Positions 26,267-34,009 of a stretch of DNA of 34,009 nt are shown piece by piece (the first letter of the stretch is position 1; the number at the start of each line of letters is the position of its first letter). This stretch comes from Candidatus Thorarchaeota archaeon. GTDB lineage: Archaea; Asgardarchaeota; Thorarchaeia; Thorarchaeales; Thorarchaeaceae. The notes below the pieces were generated by a model. The model was not told where the DNA came from. It saw only the letters and a program-made list of their open reading frames with translations, and made no database searches. The translations under genes were made by a program, and so were the position numbers. Location of the stretch: NCBI GenBank assembly GCA_016839605.1, contig JAEOTX010000149.1:1-34009 (forward strand), in the 5' to 3' direction.

Positions 26267-27529
26267 ATGGATGAAATTGAGGAACAACCAGCAGTAGACA
26301 ATGCCCTGTATCAGGAGAGCAGTCCTGACAAGAAGACGGGCATGCACCAGGTATGGATGCTGGCAATATCATTGAGTATCCTCCAGATTGGCTTTGGTAT
26401 CGTGACTCCAATCTTCCCATTCTATATCGTGGAATTAGGAGTTGGTGCAACCGAACTAGGTGTACTTGCAGCTTCATTTGCACTCACTAGAATTCTATTG
26501 GCAGGTCCATTGGGGGGCCTATCGGACAGAGTAGGAAGAAAGAGAGTCCTTCTTGTGGCGCTCGCTGGTTTTGCTGTTTCAAATCTCATCTACGCCTACG
26601 CTGATACCATCATTGTGATGATCATCGCCAGATCACTGGAGGGTGGGATATCCGCAGGATTCTATCCCGCGGCCAATGCATTCGTGTCTGATATGACAAC
26701 TCCTGAAAACAGAGGGAGTGCCATGGGATATTTGAGCATGGGTAACATGGTCGGTTTTGTAGTGGGCCCCTCGCTTGGCGGGATTTTAGCAGAATACCTC
26801 GGTATTCGTCTTCCCTTCGTTATTGCTGCCGCAGCAAGCCTTGTTACTCTGGTCATTCTGAACCTCATTGTTCATGAGCCTGAACGCCAGACATCACTGA
26901 GCGAGCTTGAAAAGCGTAGAATACCTGTACGTGAGGTCTTCTCAAAGAACGCGAAAGCATACTCCGCGCTTGGTATCACAATGTTCGCAAACATGTTCGC
27001 TATTGGAATCTTGGAAGTAGCATTCATGCTTGATGCCGTTCAAAGATATGCTTTCAGTCCCTTACAGATTGGAGTGTTCTTTGGTGTTCTCGGAGTGATT
27101 GTTATCATAGGAAACATCGCCTTCGGAAAGATGTCTGACAGACTAGGAAGAAAATGGTTAATTACAAGTGGTTCTCTTGTCGCCGCCCTGTCTCTGTATT
27201 TCTTCATGATTGCATCCGGCGTGGTAGACTTCTACTTAGCTGGTGCAATACTAGGCGTGGCAATTTCCATGAGAGGTCCTACAATCCAAGCAATGATAGC
27301 TGATCTCTCAGATGCAAGAGCATATGGAAGCGTAATGGGCACATTTGGTGCGATCAGCAACTCCGCCTATGTAGTGGGTCCAATCTTGGGCGGTGTTATG
27401 TTTGATACTAGTGGAGACTCGATTTCCGCACTAGGCCTCACTGTCATGGTATCTGTTGCATCAGCTTTTGTTGCAGGGATTGGTCTACCTGACTACAAAC
27501 CCAGTAAGGCTTCTCCAGACTCTGAATAG
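26267..27529 (+). CDS. MFS transporter (DHA1/TetA-like)
   Basis: Motif A in both halves (GGLSDRVGRKR, GKMSDRLGRK), GFVVGPSLGG, about 12 TM segments. Confidence 0.9.
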   Translation: MDEIEEQPAVDNALYQESSPDKKTGMHQVWMLAISLSILQIGFGIVTPIFPFYIVELGVGATELGVLAASFALTRILLAGPLGGLSDRVGRKRVLLVALAGFAVSNLIYAYADTIIVMIIARSLEGGISAGFYPAANAFVSDMTTPENRGSAMGYLSMGNMVGFVVGPSLGGILAEYLGIRLPFVIAAAASLVTLVILNLIVHEPERQTSLSELEKRRIPVREVFSKNAKAYSALGITMFANMFAIGILEVAFMLDAVQRYAFSPLQIGVFFGVLGVIVIIGNIAFGKMSDRLGRKWLITSGSLVAALSLYFFMIASGVVDFYLAGAILGVAISMRGPTIQAMIADLSDARAYGSVMGTFGAISNSAYVVGPILGGVMFDTSGDSISALGLTVMVSVASAFVAGIGLPDYKPSKASPDSE

Positions 27530-27537
27530 CGCTAAGA

Positions 27538-28377
27538 TTAGACAATCTCTGCTGACACGTAAGCCACTACGTCTTTGTAGTTGCCTGTCATATCACCTGA
27601 GTTAGTATACTTCAGCACATCAAACCTAGTAGCGCCACGTTCCTTCGCGTATACCATAGCAGTAGCAATGGGGCCAGCTCCACAAATACTCACACGATGA
27701 CTCTGTACAAAATCAATGAAGCCTTGGGGATCCAAAAACTCGAGATATTCCATTGCTTGACTGTCCTTCTTCTTGGCACTCTCTGCGGATTCAAAATGTG
27801 TGAAATCAGAGCTAGCAATTACAAGAATGTCCAAATCATTAGCCAGTGAAGCGATTGTCTTTCCTATAGATTCGCACAACTCGTATGTAGGTTCTCTAAT
27901 ACAGATTGGCACAAAGCTGAGGTCTTCTCCAAACATGAATTGGAGAAAGGGTAGCTGCACCTCAATTGAGTGTTCACTGCTGTGCGCTACACAATCGTTG
28001 GAAGCGTGTTCGTTTTCCTCGACAATAGCGGAGCCCAATTCTGTATCATATCGTACAGTTCCCAATGGTGTTTCCCAGTTTTCATTACATACTGCAGCTC
28101 GTGCACCAACACCATAGTGATTTGGACCGATTATCACGATATGTTGTGGCTTACCATCCTCATAGAGCCGGAGAAAGCTATGCGCAGCTGGCATCCCTGA
28201 ATACATGTACCCTGCATGCGGAGCTATGATTGCTTTCAGTTCACGTGTTGTACCTGGATCATCCCCGGGAAGACGTCCGGGTCCGAGGCCGGTTAGAAAA
28301 CAGTTCTGAATTCTCTCAGTGAGGATCTCAGCTTTTCCTTCATAGAATCTTCCGGCAACCACTGGCATACGAACCAT
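27538..28377 (-). CDS. amrB: MEMO1 family / AmmeMemoRadiSam system protein B
   Basis: R.PVVAGRFY, PHAGYMYSG, GPNH, EHSIEVQLPFLQ, ASSDFTH, CGAGP, YTNSGD...VVAY. ATG 28377 preferred over TTG 28389. Confidence 0.9.
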   Translation of the reverse strand: MVRMPVVAGRFYEGKAEILTERIQNCFLTGLGPGRLPGDDPGTTRELKAIIAPHAGYMYSGMPAAHSFLRLYEDGKPQHIVIIGPNHYGVGARAAVCNENWETPLGTVRYDTELGSAIVEENEHASNDCVAHSSEHSIEVQLPFLQFMFGEDLSFVPICIREPTYELCESIGKTIASLANDLDILVIASSDFTHFESAESAKKKDSQAMEYLEFLDPQGFIDFVQSHRVSICGAGPIATAMVYAKERGATRFDVLKYTNSGDMTGNYKDVVAYVSAEIV

Positions 28378-28449
28378 ATTGAATCCCAAAGAACCATAGA
28401 CATGGTGTGAGAAAAGCCTTACCGTGTAAGGCTAACTCACCTTTGCCCT

Positions 28450-29754
28450 CTAAAGACGTTCCTTGATTTCATTGGTCAGATTCTCAATCTTGACTTGCGT
28501 GGTCTCCTTGGTGCTCATATTTCTTAGACTTGCCTCGCCTTTTTCGATGTCTCGTTGACCAACAATCACAACAAACTTGGCCTTTCTAGACTCCGCCTGT
28601 TCAAACAGCTTCTTGAGAGGTCTCTCCATGAGATCACATTCTCCAGAGATGCCTTCGCTGGCTAATTCAGCAAGTAGCTTCATGCCATATTTGACCATGG
28701 GTCTCTTTATGGGGGCAATATAGACATCAATCCCAGTATCTAGCTTATCACCAAAACCACGTGCCATCAGGATGTCTATGAGTCGATCGATGCCCATTGA
28801 GATACCAGTAGCAGGTGTAGGCTGCCCGCCAAATTGCTCTATGAGGTTGTCATATCGACCTCCCCCGCCAATTGAACCTAGCTTCGGCTTTCCGAGATAG
28901 GCAACTTCGAATACTGGTCCGGTGTAGTAATCAAGCCCACGAGCGAGAGACATATCGAACTCGGTGAACTCGCCTAATCCACTCTCATCAAAGATCTCGG
29001 CCATTAGTTGTAACTCCTCAACGCCCTTCATTCCCGTTTCAGATCCCTCAAGAAGCGCTGCAAATTTGTCAAGCGTTTCTAGGCCGGAACCCCTGACTTG
29101 AATAGCATCAAGTAGGAAATCACTCTCTTTGGTGCCGATTCCTCGAGTCTTGAGTTCTTCTTTGACTCCTTCTCTACCAATCTTATCGAGCTTGTCAATC
29201 GCCCTGAAGCACTCGAATGCTAAGTTGTCAGAGACCCCTGCCTTCTCTACCATGCCCTTGAGCACCTTTCGATTGTTGATTCGTATGATATAGCTATCAC
29301 CAAGAACTCGTTTCAATAGCTCAAGAGCCACAAGAATCACTTCTGCATCCGCAGCCGAGCTGCTGGCACCCACGATATCTACATCAGCCTGACTGAATTC
29401 CCGGTACCGTCCTGGTTGGGGCCTATCATATCTCCATGCCTTTCCTATTGCATACCGCTTGAATGGCTTTGGCAGATGAGGATTTGAAGCTGAGATTCTG
29501 GCCAACGGAATCGTTAGGTCAAATATGAGTCCCAACTCTCGATCGCCCTTATCTTTGAATTTGAAGGTCTCTGCTTCTATATCATCGCCGCCCTTTGCAG
29601 AAATTGTTTCCCAGAGTTCCATCACTGGAGAATCTAAGGGCTCATAGCCGAAATGCTTGAAGACCTCAATTGCGGTGGCAATCAAGTACTCTCGAATTCT
29701 CATCTCAGGACCCATAAGGTCCCTCATGCCTCGTACTCGTCTCAAATCTGACAA
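28450..29754 (-). CDS. hisS: Histidine--tRNA ligase
   Basis: RGMRD, FDLTIPLAR, WRYDRPQPGRYREF, LARGLDYYTG, GGGGRYD, GIDRL and the anticodon-binding domain. TTG start after GGAGG. Confidence 0.96.
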   Translation of the reverse strand: MSDLRRVRGMRDLMGPEMRIREYLIATAIEVFKHFGYEPLDSPVMELWETISAKGGDDIEAETFKFKDKGDRELGLIFDLTIPLARISASNPHLPKPFKRYAIGKAWRYDRPQPGRYREFSQADVDIVGASSSAADAEVILVALELLKRVLGDSYIIRINNRKVLKGMVEKAGVSDNLAFECFRAIDKLDKIGREGVKEELKTRGIGTKESDFLLDAIQVRGSGLETLDKFAALLEGSETGMKGVEELQLMAEIFDESGLGEFTEFDMSLARGLDYYTGPVFEVAYLGKPKLGSIGGGGRYDNLIEQFGGQPTPATGISMGIDRLIDILMARGFGDKLDTGIDVYIAPIKRPMVKYGMKLLAELASEGISGECDLMERPLKKLFEQAESRKAKFVVIVGQRDIEKGEASLRNMSTKETTQVKIENLTNEIKERL

Positions 29755-29909
29755 TTAGAAGTCCTCCATAAAATTCTCGCAGCAACAACTCCTTGGGGCG
29801 GCATAGAGTCCACTAACACAGTCATCATTGCAGATGAACTAAGCCACCAACATCCAATGTTGTCACCAAAGGCGAGTCGGCTGTGATGGACTTTAAGTCT
29901 TACGCTTGC

Positions 29910-31241
29910 TCATGCTATTGGGAGTATCCCAAAGAAGAGTAAGAGGATGAATATTATTACTCCTGCCGCCATGATCAATGAGTCCTTGGCTACCATCTTG
30001 AGCAGGGTGGTTTCACGATCTGAGGTATAGACATAGACCATTTTATTCAACACTGAGGTGGTAGTAGCGATGACAACGGCATACACTGCTGTTGAAAGCG
30101 ACATTGTTGCACCTGCAAATCCAATTCCGACAATTGCAACAATAGCCCCCGCTGAAGCAAAACCTCCAATGGATGCTGCCACAAGAACTCCCAAGTCAGC
30201 GTAGATGTCTTGTAGAAACAGCGAGAGGACAGACACACCAGCGAACACAAGAGCGAATCGAATCGCTGCTCCAAACTCAAAGGGTGATACTAAGGCACCT
30301 TCCAGTTGTTCGTCCTCAACCTTTTCTGACCTCTTGCTTACCCTGCGCATTCGATAAAGTCCAACAAGGAACAGTATTGCCAGAGGTATCATGTAGTATC
30401 TGAATATCTGGAGTGATGGGTCTACAATAATCAGAAGAACTCCATTCCTAAGAACCATGGCAACGTTTGCAAGGACTGCGCCTACTGCCGTCCTTCCAGG
30501 AAATGCTCTTTCAGTGCGAACGTGAAAGTCTGTCAAGCTTGAAACTGTTGCCTCGCTATTGGCAAATCCGCCAAAGAAACCGAAGAAGTATGGTCCCCTT
30601 CCTCGGAATTTCTTGACTAGCAGATAGTTGACAAAGCTGATTGTCAATAGGATAATTGCAAAGAGATAGATCTGGAAAGTCGGAACAGTTATTGTCCATA
30701 GCTGAACAGTCTGAGGCATCAGCGGCCACAGGAACAAGATCAGTACTCCCAGCTCAGCTGCGCTAATCATTTCCTCGCGTGTGATTACTTCAACTGCTGT
30801 TCTGAACTCTTGCTTGAATCCTAAGACAAGAAACACTAGGAATGAAACAGTCATAGCGAATACTGCCAATGGGCCTATAATCTGTCCAGGAGCAGGTATC
30901 TCATCGAGTCCTACAATCGTGCCCAATACAAAGGAGATTGCCAGAACGATTGATGTCGTCATTCCCTTGCGCATGGTTCGAAACATCTTGTAGATAACCT
31001 GAACTCCAATCAAGATTGTAGAGACCGCGATCGCATAAATCAGGATCAAAGAGTTGCTAGTAATCGTGTATGTGTAGGCAGAAACGGTTCCGAATAGACT
31101 CAGAAGACCAAATGATCTGACACCACCAGGTGACTCTTCTATGTCTCTCTTCTGTCGCTCAAGTCCAATGAGAGCTCCAACAGCGAAGCCTATCAAGCAT
31201 CTTACAACAAGGTCTGAACTGAGGAGCGTCTCTTGCATCAT
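29910..31241 (-). CDS. MgtC/SapB N-terminal domain plus DUF4010 membrane protein
   Basis: GALIGLERQ...GGVRSF (MgtC), ISFVNY, GFFGGFANSEAT, SPFEF..A.RFA (DUF4010-like). Highly hydrophobic. Confidence 0.85.
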   Translation of the reverse strand: MMQETLLSSDLVVRCLIGFAVGALIGLERQKRDIEESPGGVRSFGLLSLFGTVSAYTYTITSNSLILIYAIAVSTILIGVQVIYKMFRTMRKGMTTSIVLAISFVLGTIVGLDEIPAPGQIIGPLAVFAMTVSFLVFLVLGFKQEFRTAVEVITREEMISAAELGVLILFLWPLMPQTVQLWTITVPTFQIYLFAIILLTISFVNYLLVKKFRGRGPYFFGFFGGFANSEATVSSLTDFHVRTERAFPGRTAVGAVLANVAMVLRNGVLLIIVDPSLQIFRYYMIPLAILFLVGLYRMRRVSKRSEKVEDEQLEGALVSPFEFGAAIRFALVFAGVSVLSLFLQDIYADLGVLVAASIGGFASAGAIVAIVGIGFAGATMSLSTAVYAVVIATTTSVLNKMVYVYTSDRETTLLKMVAKDSLIMAAGVIIFILLLFFGILPIA

Positions 31242-31318
31242 GAATCACACTCTGCTCTATGCGGAACTAACGGTTGGGTTTGAATCCCATTTAAGACATT
31301 GTGTCTTTGCACAATATA

Positions 31319-31346
31319 ACAAAGAAAAGAGAAGACGAGGTCGACC
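31319..31346 (-). terminator. Oligo-T archaeal terminator after rpoK
   Basis: Minus-strand TCTTCTCTTTTCTTTGT shortly downstream of the stop at 31347. Confidence 0.5.
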
Positions 31347-32024
31347 TCAGTCGAGCCTCGTGTTTTCTAATAGACGAGTGAGTGGGATGTCGAAATATTC
31401 ACCTGTTGGCAACGTTCTTCTGACAGTCATCGGGAGGACACGAGCACGTAGTTCTGCTTCTGCCAGAGAAAACAGCTCACTGGGGGCAGTTCGTGTATCG
31501 ACTATCACAGGTGCACCCATTGAAATCTGCAAAGCCCTTGCTCCAATAATCCTGGCTTTCTCAAACCTACTCAGCCATTTCGGACCAATGGGAATGCCCA
31601 TTGATACCTTATCTGTTTCAAGTCCTGTTTTCAGACTGGATCGGATCTTGGCGCGAGCAATCTCCTCAGCCGGAGGTAGTTCATGAACATCAGGATCTGG
31701 TTCGGGGGCTTTCTTCCTCTTTGATTTCTTGCCCTTTCGAGTAAGGTCTATCTCTCCAGCCTCGACTGCTTCTTTCAGCTTTGTCGCAGCTGTAATGAAA
31801 TCAACTGCCTTTGCTGTACTGACTCCAGGAACGGCCGCTGCAAGCTCTTCAGAATCTGCTGAAGCGATCTTATCTATGGTATCATAGCCGGCTGCGACCA
31901 ATTTCTCGGCATTCTTGGGTCCAACCGATTGGATATTTGTGAGAATCTGTGCTTTCTCAGCATCAGTTTCCTCTTTAGATTCCTCTTCAGTCTTGGTTTC
32001 CGTTTCCTTGGGGTCGTCTGACAT
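31347..32024 (-). CDS. rpoK: DNA-directed RNA polymerase subunit Rpo6 (K) with N-terminal acidic tract and helix-hairpin-helix domain
   Basis: The C-terminal ~80 aa are Rpo6/RPB6 ([22 protein letters not shown]...[10 protein letters not shown]). The N-terminal part has tandem HhH motifs ([17 protein letters not shown]; VPGVSTAKA). ATG 32024 follows AGGTG; the track start is GTG 32030. Confidence 0.9.
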   Translation of the reverse strand: MSDDPKETETKTEEESKEETDAEKAQILTNIQSVGPKNAEKLVAAGYDTIDKIASADSEELAAAVPGVSTAKAVDFITAATKLKEAVEAGEIDLTRKGKKSKRKKAPEPDPDVHELPPAEEIARAKIRSSLKTGLETDKVSMGIPIGPKWLSRFEKARIIGARALQISMGAPVIVDTRTAPSELFSLAEAELRARVLPMTVRRTLPTGEYFDIPLTRLLENTRLD

Positions 32025-32058
32025 ACGCACACCTGCTCTCTATTGTGTTTGACTGCTT

Positions 32059-33699
32059 CTAATCCTCGTCGGCGTCAAAGTCGCCGCCAGGACCTGCTCC
32101 ACCCGCGTCAAAGGCTGCTCCCTTAGAGCTTATGACATCATCGATTTTTAGGATCATTTGCGCAGCTTCAGCTGATGACAAAACAATCTGCCTATTAACA
32201 AGTGCGGACTCAATGATTCGAGCCTTTTTCATGTCATCCACTTTACCCTTGCCAATATCTACACCATATGTGACTTTGCCAGCTGCATGAGCGTTTCTGA
32301 GATTCACTATCATGTCAATAGGATCTAGACCTGCGTTCTCAGCAAGAGTTGTTGGCAAAGACTCAATGGCATCAGCAAATGCATTCACTGCATATTGCTC
32401 ACGACCCTTGAGTGTTTCTGAGTAGTCTCGCAGTTGCTTTGCAATCTCTCCAGCCAGAGATCCGCCTCCATATGTGATGTACGGATGAATCACGATATCC
32501 CGCACAACATAGAGTGAGTCGTTTAACGCGCGGTCAACCTCGTCTACTATGTGGTCTGTGCCTCCTCTGACAAGAAGAGTAACAACCGATGTCTTCTTTG
32601 TGCCTTCTATGAAGAGCATCTTGTCCTCGCCAACCGTCCTCTGTTCCACAAGCTTTGCAGTTCCAAGGTCGTCCTTGGTGAGATTCTGAATCTTCGACAC
32701 AATTGTAGCGCCAGTTGTCCTGTGCAATCTCTCGATGTCTGATTTTTTGATTCTCCTCACAGCCATGATGTTCTCTTTTGCCAAGTAATGTTGCACAACA
32801 TCATCAATTCCCTTCTGGGCAATAACAACGGTCGCGCCCACCTCAACTATCTTGTCAACCATGGATTTCAGCATGCGGTCTTCCTCATCCAGGAAGCTCT
32901 GCATAGATGTGGGATCACTGATTGCAATCTTCGCATCAAATTCAGTCTTCTGAATCTCTAATGGACTCTCAAGAAGCACTATCTTGGCATTCTCAGCTTT
33001 CTTCGGCATGCCTGGATGTACTATCTCCTTGTCCAAAACCAAACCTTTCACCAGTTCAGTGGCATCTACCTGCATTCCTTCCTGTTTCTGTCTGGGAATG
33101 TCATCAATGTTCAATTCCTCATCAGGACCACGGTCCTTGTTAATGGCAAGTACAGCATCAACAACCACCTTTGACAGTTTGTCACGGGAGGTTGAGACGA
33201 ACTTGCTGGACATGGCTGTCCTAGAAGCATCAACGAGAATCTTCTTGTAACCGCTGCTCTCAGGATCGACTTTCTCTGCTGTCGCCTCGATGACATCAAG
33301 GGCTTTGTCTGCTGCCTTGCGGTATCCACTGACGATGGTAGTTGGATGGATTTTCTGATCAAGAAGAGTTTCCGCTGCCTTCAATAGCTCTCCGGTGAAT
33401 ATCGCAGCAGTTGTGGTCCCATCTCCGACCTCTGCGTCAACCGTCTTAGCAACTTCAATCACCATCTTCGCTGCAGGATGCGCTACATCCATCTCTTTCA
33501 GAATGGTAGCACCGTCATTTGATACAGTGATATCCCCAAAGCTGTCAACTAACATTTTATCTGCGCCCTTGGGGCCTAGTGCAGACTTGACTGCCTCAGC
33601 TATTACAATCGCAGCCATGATGTTGTTTCTCTGTGCATCACGACCACGAGTCCTCTCGGTGTCTTCTCTCAGTACTATTACTGGTACCTGTTGACTCAA
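32059..33699 (-). CDS. ths: Thermosome subunit (group II chaperonin)
   Basis: [51 protein letters not shown] start after GGAGG at 33708-33712. Confidence 0.96.
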   Translation of the reverse strand: MSQQVPVIVLREDTERTRGRDAQRNNIMAAIVIAEAVKSALGPKGADKMLVDSFGDITVSNDGATILKEMDVAHPAAKMVIEVAKTVDAEVGDGTTTAAIFTGELLKAAETLLDQKIHPTTIVSGYRKAADKALDVIEATAEKVDPESSGYKKILVDASRTAMSSKFVSTSRDKLSKVVVDAVLAINKDRGPDEELNIDDIPRQKQEGMQVDATELVKGLVLDKEIVHPGMPKKAENAKIVLLESPLEIQKTEFDAKIAISDPTSMQSFLDEEDRMLKSMVDKIVEVGATVVIAQKGIDDVVQHYLAKENIMAVRRIKKSDIERLHRTTGATIVSKIQNLTKDDLGTAKLVEQRTVGEDKMLFIEGTKKTSVVTLLVRGGTDHIVDEVDRALNDSLYVVRDIVIHPYITYGGGSLAGEIAKQLRDYSETLKGREQYAVNAFADAIESLPTTLAENAGLDPIDMIVNLRNAHAAGKVTYGVDIGKGKVDDMKKARIIESALVNRQIVLSSAEAAQMILKIDDVISSKGAAFDAGGAGPGGDFDADED

Positions 33700-33779
33700 T
33701 ACTTGTTCCTCCGCCTGAATAAATCATTAACTATCGTGAAAGCGAAACTTCCAGATAACTGTACATGGACTTCGGGTTG

Positions 33780-33793
33780 AGCTTTTAAAAGCT
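33780..33793 (-). promoter_or_regulatory. Putative TATA box of the thermosome gene within a perfect palindrome
   Basis: AGCTTTTAAAAGCT about 80-95 nt upstream of the start codon. Confidence 0.5.
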
Positions 33794-33847
33794 GCGGTCT
33801 GTGAAAGCTCTGGCGTGTCGTTTGTCATAAAAACCTTGTCTAATATC

Positions 33848-34009
33848 CTAGGGCGCCGGGCGCCTTAGCACGACATTGTCTCCCTTTTTCGCAAAGATTG
33901 CTCTGGAGATGTGAGAACACTTCCCCCTTGTGATATAGAATGTCTCTATCTTCATCTCCCGCTGGATCTCTGGAAAGGACTCTATATTGGCCTGCCCCTT
34001 TGAGATGAC
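33848..34009 (-). CDS. DUF89/ARMT1-like damage-control phosphatase, C-terminal fragment (runs off window edge)
   Basis: Not in the ORF track. Hand translation gives VISKGQANIESFPEIQREMKIETFYITRGKCSHISRAIFAKKGDNVVLRRPAP*, matching the DUF89 C-terminal KGQ.N.E ... KC..I......GD.V pattern. Confidence 0.75.
   Translation of the reverse strand, partial: VISKGQANIESFPEIQREMKIETFYITRGKCSHISRAIFAKKGDNVVLRRPAP

Noticed and set aside
27538-28377. Complete AmmeMemoRadiSam system using the nearby radical SAM gene
   Set aside because: No AMMECR1-family gene is in the window, and the radical SAM at 24140 is of the GRE-activase type.
29742-29828. 28-codon uORF overlapping the hisS start, and an ATGATGA C-box-like motif
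   Set aside because: No His codons, so not an attenuator peptide; no matching CTGA D box within the leader for a C/D sRNA.
29910-31241. Magnesium transporter / mgtC virulence gene
   Set aside because: Only the N-terminal MgtC-like segment is present, fused to DUF4010; the function is unknown.
859-33694. Numerous short ORFs antisense to or overlapping recognised genes (e.g. 1588..1998, 14227..14559, 21804..22328, 24682..25239, 31141..31686)
   Set aside because: They are shadows of well-supported CDSs and have no recognisable motifs.

Overview
Gene-dense archaeal chromosomal window, most likely from an Asgard archaeon (Thorarchaeia-like). The basis is a group II chaperonin, Rpo6/RpoK, an archaeal ThiR, archaeal TATA-like elements, and two adjacent eukaryotic-signature-type genes (roadblock/LC7 and a gelsolin-domain protein); the taxonomy is inference. 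Bases 1-13.2 kb hold a divergently transcribed acyl-CoA/lipid cluster: a partial MaoC dehydratase, two non-canonical KAS III (FabH-fold) enzymes, two acyl-CoA ligases, two alpha/beta hydrolases and a Liv-type ABC importer whose binding protein is C-terminally anchored. No ACP gene is visible. Next come a gelsolin-domain/roadblock gene pair, a membrane protein, and thiBPQ divergent from thiR with a candidate operator. The remainder holds two GNATs, a six-repeat Ig-like surface glycoprotein, an orphan glycyl-radical activase, an ACT regulator, an MFS transporter, a MEMO1-family gene, hisS, MgtC-DUF4010, an unusual HhH-domain::Rpo6 fusion, a thermosome subunit and the 3' end of a DUF89/ARMT1-like gene. 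No rRNA, tRNA, CRISPR array or mobile element was seen. The most notable items are the paired degenerate-triad KAS III lipid module, the gelsolin-PRD-polybasic protein next to a roadblock gene, and the HhH-Rpo6 fusion. All calls are from reading motifs by eye; no searches were run.
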